A DNA stretch of 64,000 bases from Deltaproteobacteria bacterium (GCA_022710585.1 JAKLGV010000001.1:192131-256130); one strand, 5' to 3'; positions 18,865-29,014 are shown, numbered from the stretch's first letter. The notes: generated by a model from the sequence alone, not told the origin. Translations and numbers: made by a program.

Positions 18865-18887
18865 AATTGATTTATTTAGCGAAATGC

Positions 18888-21062
18888 CTAAACCGCGCAA
18901 ACATCCACGGGTTCTTTGACTTCTTCCAGTCCCATCGCCTTGCAAACGATTTCAGCGATGTCCAGAGCCACCATAGAATCGATCTTCTGTCTGTCTTTGA
19001 TACCGTCGGAGATCATGGTCAGACAGAACGGACAGCCGACAGCCACGGTGCTCGCATTAACCGCGATCGCCTGATCAGTACGCGCGTTGTTGATACGGTC
19101 GCCATGCTCTTCCATCCACATTCTGGCTCCGCCGGCGCCGCAGCAGAAGCTCTTGGAGAAATTACGCTCCATTTCCACAACGTTCGTTCCGGGAATAGCA
19201 TTCAGAATGCTTCTCGGCTGATCGTAAACATGATTGTAGCGTCCGAGGAAGCAGGAATCATGATACGTGAAGGTGCCACTCTGCGGCTGGGTGAATTTAA
19301 TCTTACCCTTGGCAATCAGGTCGGCGATAATTTCGGTGTGATGGTAAACTTCATAGTTGCCGCCGAAATTGGGGTAATCTTTCTTGATGCAGTTATAGCC
19401 GTGCGGACAAATGGCAATAACTTTTTTCACACCGTAGCCGTTCATGATCTCAATATTGGCCTGAGCCTGAGCCTGGAACAGATAATCGTTGCCGCCGCGC
19501 ATAGCCGAATCGCCGCAGCAGCTCTCTTCAGTTCCTAAAATGCCGAAACTGACACCGGCTGCCTGAAGGATCTTGGCAAACGCCACCGATATCTTTTTAC
19601 CGCGGTCATCAAACGAACCGGAACAGCCAACGTAGAACATATATTCAACATTAGGATCTTCAGCCAGTGTCTTGACGCCCATCTCTTTCGCCCAGTCGCC
19701 GCGCAGGTGCGCGCCGATGCCCCAGGGGTTGGAATTGTTTTCCATGTTACGATAGGTCAACTGAAGTTCCGGAGCGAAGTCCGCTTCGGTCAGAACCTTG
19801 TAACGGCGTATATCAATCATCTTCTGAATGTGCTCAATCGAAGATGAGCAGTTTTCCATACAATACATACAGTTGGTGCAATCCCACACGGCATGCAGAT
19901 CGACGGCATCAAACAGAGTTTTTTCCGGTGCGGCGCCTTCCGCAGCTTCAGCCGGAGCGGCAGCTTCCTCGCCTTCAGCGGCGGGAACAACGGCTTTTGT
20001 GGCCGCCAGAGGAGCCTGTTCCAGCCAGAACGTCTTAATATCCTGGACCAGCTTCTTCGGAGACAAATGTTTACCGGTCAGATAGGCCGGGCAACCATCC
20101 TGGCAGCGACCGCATTTGGTGCAGGCGTCGGAATCAAAAATCTGTTTCCAGGTATACTCTTCGAGCTTGGACACACCAAAGGATTCCTGATTCTCGATAT
20201 CCCGAATCGGCTCAACGTAACCGGCCGGTTTGAGCGACATCATGAAATGGTTGGCCGGTGTGGTAATGATGTGTAGCAGTCTGGAATAAGGAATGTAGGC
20301 AATGAAACCCAGAGCGATAAAGGTGTGGGTCCACCAGCTGATCGAATGCCAGGTCTTGGCGGCTTCAATATCCATGCCGTTGAACGCCTTGGCCAGGAAC
20401 CATCCTATGAAAGAATAATATTCCCAATCAGGGGTCACTTTGTCGACGCCCGCGCCTTCCACCAGTGTGGCGTGAATGCGCAGCGCTTCGATCGCGAAGC
20501 CGGTCACAATGATACCGCCGATCAGTAAAAGCGCAATGGCGTCATCTGTGGTATTATCCGATGTTCCTTTGTAGCCGAGACGATCAGGCTTCTGAATGTA
20601 GCGGCGATAGGCGGCCATCAGCACGCCGATCAGAACAAACAGACCGAAAAGATCCATCAGAAATGAAAAGTTCAGGTAGAATTGGCCGCGCAGGAAAGCC
20701 CAACCGAACAAAGGTTCGGTAATATGGAATTCGCCGGCATCGAAAGCTGCTCCGAAAATCAAAACAAAGAAGCCAAAGAATATTAATCCGTGCATCAGGC
20801 CCGGATAAGCATCTTTCCATGTTTTAAGCTGCAGAAATCCATTCATGAACAATGATTTCAACCGTTCGGGAAGCAGATCCCAGCGGATTTCATCCTTGCC
20901 CATCGCTTTCCACAGTTGCCAGCGTTTGTAAACACCGTAGGCAAATATCGCCATAGAGATGGCGGTAAAGAGAAAAAGCAACGGCTCAAAACTATGAGCG
21001 TTCCAGAAAACTTCACGGCCTTCATTGCCGCCTGCTGCTATCGGGGGAATATTGTGTTCCAT
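18888..21062 (-). CDS. Membrane-bound FeS oxidoreductase: N-terminal multi-helix (NarI/DsrM-like) domain fused to a ferredoxin + CCG (HdrD/DsrK-like, DUF224) domain. Putative ETF:quinone oxidoreductase.
   Basis: About 6 predicted TM helices with conserved His residues. Two Cys motifs (CTKCGRCQDGCP and CTNCMYCMENCS). Two CCG-type motifs (SCCGDSAMRGG and FCCGAGGARMW). It lies immediately downstream of etfBA on the same strand. Confidence 0.85.
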   Translation of the reverse strand: MEHNIPPIAAGGNEGREVFWNAHSFEPLLFLFTAISMAIFAYGVYKRWQLWKAMGKDEIRWDLLPERLKSLFMNGFLQLKTWKDAYPGLMHGLIFFGFFVLIFGAAFDAGEFHITEPLFGWAFLRGQFYLNFSFLMDLFGLFVLIGVLMAAYRRYIQKPDRLGYKGTSDNTTDDAIALLLIGGIIVTGFAIEALRIHATLVEGAGVDKVTPDWEYYSFIGWFLAKAFNGMDIEAAKTWHSISWWTHTFIALGFIAYIPYSRLLHIITTPANHFMMSLKPAGYVEPIRDIENQESFGVSKLEEYTWKQIFDSDACTKCGRCQDGCPAYLTGKHLSPKKLVQDIKTFWLEQAPLAATKAVVPAAEGEEAAAPAEAAEGAAPEKTLFDAVDLHAVWDCTNCMYCMENCSSSIEHIQKMIDIRRYKVLTEADFAPELQLTYRNMENNSNPWGIGAHLRGDWAKEMGVKTLAEDPNVEYMFYVGCSGSFDDRGKKISVAFAKILQAAGVSFGILGTEESCCGDSAMRGGNDYLFQAQAQANIEIMNGYGVKKVIAICPHGYNCIKKDYPNFGGNYEVYHHTEIIADLIAKGKIKFTQPQSGTFTYHDSCFLGRYNHVYDQPRSILNAIPGTNVVEMERNFSKSFCCGAGGARMWMEEHGDRINNARTDQAIAVNASTVAVGCPFCLTMISDGIKDRQKIDSMVALDIAEIVCKAMGLEEVKEPVDVCAV

Positions 21063-21173
21063 TGATCCTCCAGTATATTGAGGTTTTTATGTTTTGATCT
21101 TCATTTTTCCGCTCAAGCCTTAAGGGCATTGAACATCAAAATTTGCAACTCGAATTCTTTGTCGTTTAGTTCA

Positions 21174-21209
21174 AATTTCCGGCAGAGGTTTCAACCTCTG
21201 CCGGAAATT
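21174..21209 (-). terminator. Perfect 15-bp intercistronic stem-loop between etfA and the FeS oxidoreductase gene (possible attenuator or processing site)
   Basis: aatttccggcagagg (21174-21188), loop tttcaa, cctctgccggaaatt (21195-21209). Confidence 0.5.
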
Positions 21210-21229
21210 GTTTCACTGAATAATAAATT

Positions 21230-22201
21230 TTAAGCCAGCAGTTTCTTGCAGGCAGCGGTCAGTTCGGGAACAACCTTGAACAAGTCATCCACGACGCCGA
21301 AATCGGCCTTCGCGAAAATGGGAGCTTCCGCATCCTTGTTGATCGCCACGATGCACTTGGAGGAGCTCATGCCCGCCAGATGCTGAATCGCTCCGGAAAT
21401 ACCGCAGGCGATGTAAAGGTTCGGGGAAACAACCTTACCGGTCTGTCCGACCTGATCTTTCTGGGGTCTCCATCCGGCGTCAACGGCCGCACGGGAAGCA
21501 CCGACCGTGCCTTTGAGCACGTCAGCCAGCTCTTCCAGAATCTTGTACTCATCCGGACCTTTCATGCCGCGTCCGCCGGATACAATAATGTTGGCTTCAG
21601 TCAGGTCAACCTTACCGCTGGTGTCTTTCTGAACTTCCAGAATCTTGCTCTTCTGGGCGTCAACCGCGACATCAACCTTGGTGACTGCGGCGGCTTTAGC
21701 GTTTTCCACAGCCGGGAACACATTGGGACGAAGCGATGCCATGGCCGGAGTGGTATTGAAGACCACGTCAGCAAAGCACTTGCCGGCGTACATCGGGCGC
21801 ACGGCAACCAGTTTGCCGCCGTCAATCTTTACATCCGTACAGTCTGTCGCCAGACCGCCAGCCAGTTTCGCGGCCACTCGGGCGGACAGATCCTTGCCCT
21901 GAACGGAAGCGCCAAACAATGCGATCGCTGCATCATTATCTTTTAATATTTTGGCAACAACTTGAGCGTGCGCTTCGGTCACATAGGGTTCCAAGGCAGC
22001 ATTGTCACCAACAAAAACTTTATCCACACCGAATTTACCCAATTCGGCAGCCATACTTTCTACACCTGAACCGAGCAGAATGGCGCTGACTTCATCTCCC
22101 GTCTGATCAGCCAGTTTTCTGGCTGCGGAAGCAAGCTCAAAACTTACTTTACGCAGAGCGCCGTCTCTCTGTTCTGCAATTACATATATTCCTTTTGCCA
22201 T
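21230..22201 (-). CDS. etfA: Electron transfer flavoprotein, alpha subunit
   Basis: C-terminal FAD-binding blocks [38 protein letters not shown] and [21 protein letters not shown]. Confidence 0.92.
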   Translation of the reverse strand: MAKGIYVIAEQRDGALRKVSFELASAARKLADQTGDEVSAILLGSGVESMAAELGKFGVDKVFVGDNAALEPYVTEAHAQVVAKILKDNDAAIALFGASVQGKDLSARVAAKLAGGLATDCTDVKIDGGKLVAVRPMYAGKCFADVVFNTTPAMASLRPNVFPAVENAKAAAVTKVDVAVDAQKSKILEVQKDTSGKVDLTEANIIVSGGRGMKGPDEYKILEELADVLKGTVGASRAAVDAGWRPQKDQVGQTGKVVSPNLYIACGISGAIQHLAGMSSSKCIVAINKDAEAPIFAKADFGVVDDLFKVVPELTAACKKLLA

Positions 22202-22224
22202 TTTTCAATTCCTCCGCTTTTTAA

Positions 22225-22995
22225 TTAAATAGCTTTTGCTTCTTCCCTGAGACACCGGGCCAATTCCGCCGCTTTCTGAGCCGCATCATCACCGCAGATG
22301 ATCTTACCGGCTGCTCGGGCTGGGGGCGGAGCGAGTTTGGCGACTTTGGCTTTCACATCCGTTGCAACACCCAAAGCAGCCGCATTCTTCACATCCACCG
22401 GTTTCTTCTTGGCTTTCATAATGCCGGGAAGTGACGCATAGCGGGGTTCATTGAGACCTTTCTGCGCTGTTACGACGCAGGGCAGAGCGGTTTCGATGTT
22501 GAGCTGTGCTCCCTCGATGGGACGGATGACTTTGACGGCATTGCCGGCGTAATCCAGTTTGGTTACGATCGTCAACTGGGGAATGCCCAGCAGTTCAGCC
22601 AGCATAGCGCCGACCTGACCGGAGTCATCATCAATGGCGCGCTGTCCGCAGAAAATAACATCATAGGGCAGGCCTTTGATAGCAGCAGCCAGAGCGGATG
22701 CCGTGACGAAAGCATCAGCATTATCCAGAGCGGGATCACAGATATGAATGCCTTTTTCGGCACCCATCGCCAGAGCGGTTCTGATGGTTTCCATCGCTCT
22801 CGCCGGTCCCACGGAGATAATGGTTACATCTCCACCGTTTTTCTCTTTCAGTTTCAGCGCTTCTTCGACGCCGAATTCGTCGTAAGGATTCATGACCCAT
22901 TTGATCTGGGAGTCATCGATCCCTGATCCGTCAGCTTTGACTTTGATCTGGGCTTCGGTATCCGGTACTTGTTTTACACATGCGATAATATTCAC
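22225..22995 (-). CDS. etfB: Electron transfer flavoprotein, beta subunit
   Basis: (V/M)NIIACVKQVPDTE, MNPYDEFGVEEAL and LTIVTKLD. I prefer the GTG at 22995, which lies 9 nt after AGGAGG (23010-23005), over the ORF-track ATG at 23025. Confidence 0.9.
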   Translation of the reverse strand: MNIIACVKQVPDTEAQIKVKADGSGIDDSQIKWVMNPYDEFGVEEALKLKEKNGGDVTIISVGPARAMETIRTALAMGAEKGIHICDPALDNADAFVTASALAAAIKGLPYDVIFCGQRAIDDDSGQVGAMLAELLGIPQLTIVTKLDYAGNAVKVIRPIEGAQLNIETALPCVVTAQKGLNEPRYASLPGIMKAKKKPVDVKNAAALGVATDVKAKVAKLAPPPARAAGKIICGDDAAQKAAELARCLREEAKAI

Positions 22996-23071
22996 TTTGT
23001 CCAACCTCCTTCTTCCGCGTGTCAATCTTTACGAAAACACGCAATTTTGTTTTTTTCTCTTTTATTTCATT

Positions 23072-23107
23072 AAAAAGTCCGGTTCCCTTTTCCGGGGAAC
23101 CGGACTT
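23072..23107 (-). terminator. Rho-independent terminator after acs
   Basis: GC-rich stem gtccggttcc / ggaaccggac, followed on the minus strand by TTTTT. Confidence 0.7.
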
Positions 23108-23113
23108 AATATT

Positions 23114-25084
23114 TTACAGTCTGTTTTTGACGATATCGTCAACCACGGACGGATCGGCCAGCGTGCTGGTGTCACCCAAGTTGCTGACGTCGTTGGCGGC
23201 GACTTTCTTCAAAATTCTTCTCATGATCTTGCCTGAGCGGGTCTTGGGAAGACCATCGGCCCACTGAATCTTGTCGGGGGTCGCGATGGGTCCGATAACC
23301 GTGCGGACATGAGCGATGAGTTCTTTCTTCAGCGCGTCGGATTTTTCCACACCGGTCTTCAGGGTCACATAAGCGTAAATGCCCTGACCTTTGATGTCGT
23401 GCGGCATACCGACAACGGCGGCTTCAGCGACTGACGCGTGAGCAACCAGAGCGCTTTCGACTTCGGCGGTGCCCATGCGGTGACCGGACACGTTGATAAC
23501 GTCGTCGATACGGCCGGTGATCTGATAGTAGCCGTCTTTGTCACGGCGGCAGCCGTCACCCGTTACATAGTAGCCGGGGAACTGTTCAAAGTAGGTTTCC
23601 TGGAATCTCTTGGGATCTCCATAGACGCCTCTCATGATGCCGGGCCAGGGAACTTTGATGCACAATGCGCCGCTGGCGACGGTGTCGGTGAATTCCTTGC
23701 CTTCGTCATCAACAAGAACCGGCTGTACGCCGAAGAAGGGCAGCGTGGCCATACCGGGTTTGATTTCGATTGCGCCGGGCAGCGGGGTGATCAGGATGCC
23801 GCCGGTTTCAGTCTGCCACCAGGTGTCCACGATGGGGCATTCGCCGCGGCCGATCAGGTTAAAATACCAGTTCCAGGCTTCGGGGTTGATCGGTTCGCCG
23901 ACCGTCCCCAGTGTCTGCAGTGAAGAGATATCGCATTTCTTGACGAATTCGTCACCTTCCTTGGCAATCGCGCGGATAGCGGTCGGAGCGGTGTAGAAAA
24001 TGTTGACCTTGTATTTCTCGACAACCTGCCAGAAACGGCTGTAGGTCGGATAATTGGGAACGCCTTCGAACATAACGGACGTTGCGCCGTTGCAGAGAGG
24101 ACCGTAAAGAATATAGGTATGACCGGTGACCCATCCCAGGTCGGCTGTACACCAGTACATATCGCCGTCATGATAATCGAAAATGATCTTGTGGGTGTAG
24201 GAACCGTATACCAGGTAGCCGCCGGTGGTGTGCATAACGCCCTTGGGCTGTCCGGTGGAACCTGACGTGTAAAGAATGAACAGAGGATCTTCAGCATCCA
24301 TCCATTCCGGTTCGCACTTGGCGTCAGCTTTGGCAACTTCTTCATGATACCAGGTGTCGCGGCCAGCGGTCATGTCGCATTTGATCTTGTCGCCGACTCT
24401 GTTGACAACGATAACAGATGTAATGGACGGGCAGGATTTCAATGCTTCATCAGCCGTCGCTTTCTGGGGAACAGCCTTGTTGCCACGGAAGGTACCGTCG
24501 CAGACCACCAGCACTTTGGCAGAACCGTTGACAATTCTGTCTCTCAGAGCATCGGCGCTGAATCCGCCGAAAACGATGCAGTGAATGGCGCCGATGCGGG
24601 AGCAGGCCAGCGCGGCGATGCCCAGTTCGGGAACCATCGGCATATACAGACATACGCGGTCGCCCTTCTGAACGCCCTTGGACTTCAGAACATTGGCGAA
24701 CTTGCAGACTTCTTCATGAAGCTGTTTGTAGGTAATGGCTCTTTCTTCGCCGGGTTCGTTGCCTTCCCACTGAATCGCGACCTGATTGCCACGTTTTTCG
24801 AGGTGTCTGTCCAGACAGTTGTAGGAAACATTGAGTTTGCCGCCTTCAAAGAACTTCACATAAATGGGGCCTTTTTTAATGTCAAAGTTATAATCCATCA
24901 CTTTGTCCCACTTCTTGAACCAGGTCACCTGCTGTTCAGCGATTTCCGCCCAAAACTCTTCCGGCTTTTCAACCGATTTTTTCCACAACTTGTCATAAGC
25001 ATCTCTTCCGCTAATCCAGGCTTTCTTTTTCGCCTTTTCCGGAATAGGATATATCTCCTTTAATTGAACTTTTGCATCAGCCAT
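23114..25084 (-). CDS. acs: Acetyl-CoA synthetase (AMP-forming)
   Basis: 656 aa. [83 protein letters not shown] and [16 protein letters not shown]. Confidence 0.95.
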   Translation of the reverse strand: MADAKVQLKEIYPIPEKAKKKAWISGRDAYDKLWKKSVEKPEEFWAEIAEQQVTWFKKWDKVMDYNFDIKKGPIYVKFFEGGKLNVSYNCLDRHLEKRGNQVAIQWEGNEPGEERAITYKQLHEEVCKFANVLKSKGVQKGDRVCLYMPMVPELGIAALACSRIGAIHCIVFGGFSADALRDRIVNGSAKVLVVCDGTFRGNKAVPQKATADEALKSCPSITSVIVVNRVGDKIKCDMTAGRDTWYHEEVAKADAKCEPEWMDAEDPLFILYTSGSTGQPKGVMHTTGGYLVYGSYTHKIIFDYHDGDMYWCTADLGWVTGHTYILYGPLCNGATSVMFEGVPNYPTYSRFWQVVEKYKVNIFYTAPTAIRAIAKEGDEFVKKCDISSLQTLGTVGEPINPEAWNWYFNLIGRGECPIVDTWWQTETGGILITPLPGAIEIKPGMATLPFFGVQPVLVDDEGKEFTDTVASGALCIKVPWPGIMRGVYGDPKRFQETYFEQFPGYYVTGDGCRRDKDGYYQITGRIDDVINVSGHRMGTAEVESALVAHASVAEAAVVGMPHDIKGQGIYAYVTLKTGVEKSDALKKELIAHVRTVIGPIATPDKIQWADGLPKTRSGKIMRRILKKVAANDVSNLGDTSTLADPSVVDDIVKNRL

Positions 25085-25363
25085 CTTAATATTCCTCCCT
25101 AATTTTTTTTTATGATTTTAAACGTTTCATTAACGCCTTAATGCCAACGAAAATCACTGCAACTTCTTGATATTAACGACTTTTTTTGAACAAAGGTCAA
25201 AACCTGACCGAAAGTCAGAACCGCGTCGGATTTTCCCTATCCTAAGATTTCCATGATGTCAAGAAATATTTAGAAATAAAAGGAATGAAAATGCGTCTGA
25301 TTTTCACTGATTTTTGACCGCCTGATCCGCGACACATCATATCGGTAAAAGTGAACAATATTC

Positions 25364-25393
25364 TTGACAAAATAATTTAAGATATGCTACTTT
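25364..25393 (+). promoter_or_regulatory. Candidate sigma70-type promoter for the porin gene
   Basis: TTGACA (25364-25369), 18-nt spacer, TACTTT (25388-25393). Weak -10, no experimental support. Confidence 0.25.
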
Positions 25394-25473
25394 CCTCACG
25401 GCATATTATTACCCGCGATTACAATAGTTTATAGAAAACTATGGGTTAATCGAAAAATATGCCGGCGGAAGAC

Positions 25474-25502
25474 GCTTTCAGAAAATACCCGTTTCTGAAA
25501 GC
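25474..25502 (+). promoter_or_regulatory. 11-bp stem-loop in the porin 5' leader
   Basis: gctttcagaaa / tttctgaaagc. It ends 35 nt before the ATG at 25537. Confidence 0.4.
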
Positions 25503-25536
25503 ATAATTTTGACTCTATTAAATAAAGGAGGAAAAA

Positions 25537-26898
25537 ATGAAGAGACTTTGGTTAGTTTTGTTGTCACTGGGGCTGGTTATGGCCTTCAGTGTTTCAGCTT
25601 TAGCAGTAGATGTGAAGTTTAGCGGCGAATATTATGCCCAGGGAATGTATCTGGATAGAACGAATCTATTGGATGAGTCTGACGGAAACGATCCCAGCAC
25701 GGCTTTCTTTTTCCAGAGATTCCGCCTGGGAACGGATTTTATTGTATCTCCGTGTCTGAAACTGGTCACCCGCGTGGACATCATGGAAAGAACATGGGAG
25801 CCGGATACGGCTGCTAATTATGCTCCCTATGATGCTACAAACAAGACTTACGGTAATGCCGATGCCCGTAACGTGGATTGGGACATAGCTTATGTTGATT
25901 ACACTTCTCCTATCGGTCTTTTCCAGGTTGGTTATATGGAAGACTATACATGGGGAACTGTCTGGGGCAACAGAACCACCGGACCCACCACCGGCCAGAT
26001 TAAATACTTCGTTCCGATCGGACCGGTCACGATGGTATTCGCTTATGCCAAAGAAGAAGAAAACAACCTGTCCATTCAGGGCGGATATCAGGCGGAAGAT
26101 GTGGATTTCGATTCTTACCGCGTAGGCCCCATCTTCAAATTCAAGAGTGATGCGGCAGCCGGTGAAGCCGGTGTTCTGTTTATCTACAACAACGTCAATC
26201 AGTACAGAGTATTGCCCCTTACATTAACAACCGCTCCTTTCAAACAGGATATGTATTTTATTCAGCCCTATTTCAAAGCCAAATTCGGTCCCGTCAGCAT
26301 GCAGGGCGAAATCAACTACGCTTTCGGCGAAAGAGATTTCGAAACTGATTTAGTGGATGACCAGGACATCAACTCTCTGACCGCATGGTTGGATGCCGAT
26401 GCTAATTTCGGTATGTTCAGCGTGGGCGGTTCTCTTGCCTACGTCCAGGGTGATGATGACCCCGATGAAATCAATGATGCACTCACCGGTGGCCGTGACT
26501 GGAATCCCTGTTTGATCATGAACAACAACAATATGTTCTATACCTGGATTGGACCCATTAACAATCCTGCCTTACATGTAGCTACTGAGCCGTTCAAATA
26601 TTCTGTTGACGGAGAATTGGTCAACGTCATTTTCGGCCAGGTCAGAGCCAGCGTCACCCCCATTCCCGAGTTGACAGCGGGAATGTCCCTTTCCTATGCG
26701 CAGGCTGACGAAGATTTCGGCGGCGACAACGACAAGGGCTTTGAAGTGGATATTACCGGTACCTACAAAATCACCAACAACCTGTCCTATATGCTGGGCG
26801 TTGGATACCTCAAAACCGGCGATTTCTACAAAGGCGAAACAGACGCTGACCTTGATGACGATTACGTCGTACTCAACAAACTCACTCTGAGCTTCTAA
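25537..26898 (+). CDS. Outer-membrane porin-like beta-barrel protein
   Basis: Signal peptide MKRLWLVLLSLGLVMAFSVSALA, aromatic-rich [11 protein letters not shown] strands and a C-terminal ...LNKLTLSF (terminal Phe). Strong RBS AAAGGAGG. Confidence 0.7.
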   Translation: MKRLWLVLLSLGLVMAFSVSALAVDVKFSGEYYAQGMYLDRTNLLDESDGNDPSTAFFFQRFRLGTDFIVSPCLKLVTRVDIMERTWEPDTAANYAPYDATNKTYGNADARNVDWDIAYVDYTSPIGLFQVGYMEDYTWGTVWGNRTTGPTTGQIKYFVPIGPVTMVFAYAKEEENNLSIQGGYQAEDVDFDSYRVGPIFKFKSDAAAGEAGVLFIYNNVNQYRVLPLTLTTAPFKQDMYFIQPYFKAKFGPVSMQGEINYAFGERDFETDLVDDQDINSLTAWLDADANFGMFSVGGSLAYVQGDDDPDEINDALTGGRDWNPCLIMNNNNMFYTWIGPINNPALHVATEPFKYSVDGELVNVIFGQVRASVTPIPELTAGMSLSYAQADEDFGGDNDKGFEVDITGTYKITNNLSYMLGVGYLKTGDFYKGETDADLDDDYVVLNKLTLSF

Positions 26899-26959
26899 GA
26901 GAGTGATGTCCGGCTCACATTCAGGTCCAATGTGGACGGATAATTTAACCTAATGCTTG

Positions 26960-26997
26960 AACCCCGGGAGGACGGGTAACCTCCCGGGGTTCTTTTA
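26960..26997 (+). terminator. Rho-independent terminator after the porin gene
   Basis: aaccccgggag / ctcccggggtt stem followed by ttcttttattt. Confidence 0.75.
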
Positions 26998-27049
26998 TTT
27001 CCCATCTTTTGACTAATTCCCTTAAAATGTGTTACATATAACAATCAAC

Positions 27050-27130
27050 ATGGCGGCGCGTTCGGGGAACGTGCCCTACATCATTATAACGGTAGGGACT
27101 GATCCCCGATCAGTCCGTAAACTATATTAA
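27050..27130 (+). promoter_or_regulatory. hflX leader: 26-codon uORF (MAARSGNVPYIIITVGTDPRSVRKLY) spanning a 9-bp hairpin (27096-27116)
   Basis: The ATG at 27050 has no SD. The TAA at 27128-27130 overlaps the AAGGAAG SD of hflX by 2 nt. The hairpin is ggactgatc-ccc-gatcagtcc. Whether the uORF is translated is unknown. Confidence 0.3.
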
Positions 27131-27141
27131 GGAAGCAGCTT

Positions 27142-28785
27142 ATCAACAAGATTTCCGGAAATACAACAGGCTTAAAAGCGGCGCAGATCAAACAGATCGA
27201 GCGCCTGGGACATAAAGGCATTCCCCCCGAAAGCATCATCACCAACGATCTGGCGAGGCAGTTATCGTTTATTTCCCGTGAGATTAACCGGCAGATCGGC
27301 CTGCTCATCAGCCGCCGCGGCGAGATCAGTTATGTGATTGTCGGCGATCACAAGAGTATTTTTATTCCCTCGTTGGACGGTTTCCGTTCCTCTTCCATAC
27401 GTTTCAAAGGCCTGCGCCTGATTCACACGCACCTGGGCGGGGAAAATCTTTCTGACGAAGACCTGACCGATTTATCGCATCTGCGCCTGGATCTCATCGG
27501 GGCGCTGGACGTACTGGAGGATGGCTCGCCCGGCGTTCTGCACTGGGCCCATCTCGTTGCGGAAAATCCGGCGGGCGACTACTGGCAGTTTATGAAGCCG
27601 GAAGAGCCGCACCAGTTGAGAATCAACTTTCTCACCTTCATCCAATCGCTGGAGGATGAATTCACCCGAAAACAGAAATCCCGAAAAATTGACGCCAGGG
27701 ACAAAGCGATCCTGCTGCGCGTGGAGAAAAATCCGCTGGCCGGCGCGGAGGAATCACTGGAAGAGCTGGCGCAGCTCGCGCGCACCTGCGGCGTGGAAGT
27801 TTTTGATTCCCTGGTTCAATACCGCCCGCAACCCGATCCGAAATTTATGGTGGGACGCGGCAAATTGGCGGCCATTGATCTGCGCGCGTCGCAAATCGGC
27901 GCAAACATGCTGATCTTCGATCATGAGCTGACGCCGGCGCAGGCCCGTTCCATCAGCGATTTCACCGGCCTGAAAATCATCGACCGTACCCAGGTTATTC
28001 TGGATATTTTCGCCAGACGTGCCCACAGCCGGGAGGGCAAGATTCAGGTGGAGCTGGCGCAATTGAAATACCGTCTGCCGCGGCTGATGCACGCGGATAC
28101 CTCGCTTTCCCGTCTGGCCGGAGGCATCGGCGGCACGGGGCCCGGCGAAACCAAACTGGAAATCGACCGCCGCCGTGTTCGCGAACGCATTCACCGGCTC
28201 GAAAAAGATATTAAAACCATCACCCAATCGCGGCGGCAGCGCTACGGCCGGAGAGAAAAAACGGGATTGCCCATTATCTCGATCGTCGGCTATACTAACG
28301 CGGGCAAGTCCACCCTGCTCAACACCCTGACCAAAAGTTCGGTTCTGGCGGAAGACAAACTGTTTGCCACCCTCGACACCAAAAGCGCCCGTCTGCGTTT
28401 TCCCCGGGATACGGAAGTGATTATCACCGACACGGTCGGCTTTATCCGCAATCTGCCGGAAGAGCTGTTTACCGCGTTCCGGGCTACCCTGGATGAACTC
28501 GTTGATGCCGATATGCTGCTGCACGTCATTGATGCCAGCAGCAGCCGGCTCGAAGAGCAGATGGCCGCCGTGGAAAAAATCCTGCTAGAACTGGATATCA
28601 GCGATAAACCGACGATCAGGGCGCTGAACAAATGCGACCTTGTCACAGACCCAGAGATGCTGGACAATCTCTGCCGTCGTCTCGATGCCGTTGCCGTCTC
28701 GGCGCTGGAGAAAAAAACGCTGTCCGGACTGATGGAAAAAATAGAATCCATGATTGACCTCAAACGCCGCTTTCCATCGGACTGA
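27142..28785 (+). CDS. hflX: GTPase HflX (long form). The start is uncertain and is proposed to be a non-canonical ATC at 27142. The ORF-track GTG at 27334 would remove conserved N-terminal sequence.
   Basis: G-domain motifs GYTNAGKSTLLN, DTVGFI and NKCD. The in-frame upstream codons 27142-27333 read (I/M)NKISGNTTGLKAAQIKQIERLGHKGIPPESIITNDLARQLSFISREINRQIGLLISRRGEISY, which is typical of a long-form HflX N-terminus. There is no ATG/GTG/TTG between the stop at 27118-27120 and 27334. Confidence 0.85.
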   Translation: MNKISGNTTGLKAAQIKQIERLGHKGIPPESIITNDLARQLSFISREINRQIGLLISRRGEISYVIVGDHKSIFIPSLDGFRSSSIRFKGLRLIHTHLGGENLSDEDLTDLSHLRLDLIGALDVLEDGSPGVLHWAHLVAENPAGDYWQFMKPEEPHQLRINFLTFIQSLEDEFTRKQKSRKIDARDKAILLRVEKNPLAGAEESLEELAQLARTCGVEVFDSLVQYRPQPDPKFMVGRGKLAAIDLRASQIGANMLIFDHELTPAQARSISDFTGLKIIDRTQVILDIFARRAHSREGKIQVELAQLKYRLPRLMHADTSLSRLAGGIGGTGPGETKLEIDRRRVRERIHRLEKDIKTITQSRRQRYGRREKTGLPIISIVGYTNAGKSTLLNTLTKSSVLAEDKLFATLDTKSARLRFPRDTEVIITDTVGFIRNLPEELFTAFRATLDELVDADMLLHVIDASSSRLEEQMAAVEKILLELDISDKPTIRALNKCDLVTDPEMLDNLCRRLDAVAVSALEKKTLSGLMEKIESMIDLKRRFPSD

Positions 28786-29014
28786 TTTTGTGTTATGAGG
28801 TACGCGATTCTCCGCGGTCCCGGAATGATCAGGTCATTACGGACGCGGGGAACCTTGCTGATAAAAGTTTGTTTGAGCAGGTTGTATGGATGAAATAAAC
28901 TGGTGTGAAACAAACAGCCAGAGTCTGGTTAAAGCCTCCCTGATGTTGACGGAATCAATTCACGGCCAAAACTAAAACGACCCGCCCGCAACTACAAAAC
29001 GTAAGGATGTACTG

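Noticed and set aside
27084-27308. A 74-codon minus-strand ORF in the porin-hflX spacer.
   Set aside because: It is antisense to the conserved HflX N-terminal coding segment, it has no RBS, and its translation shows no motifs.
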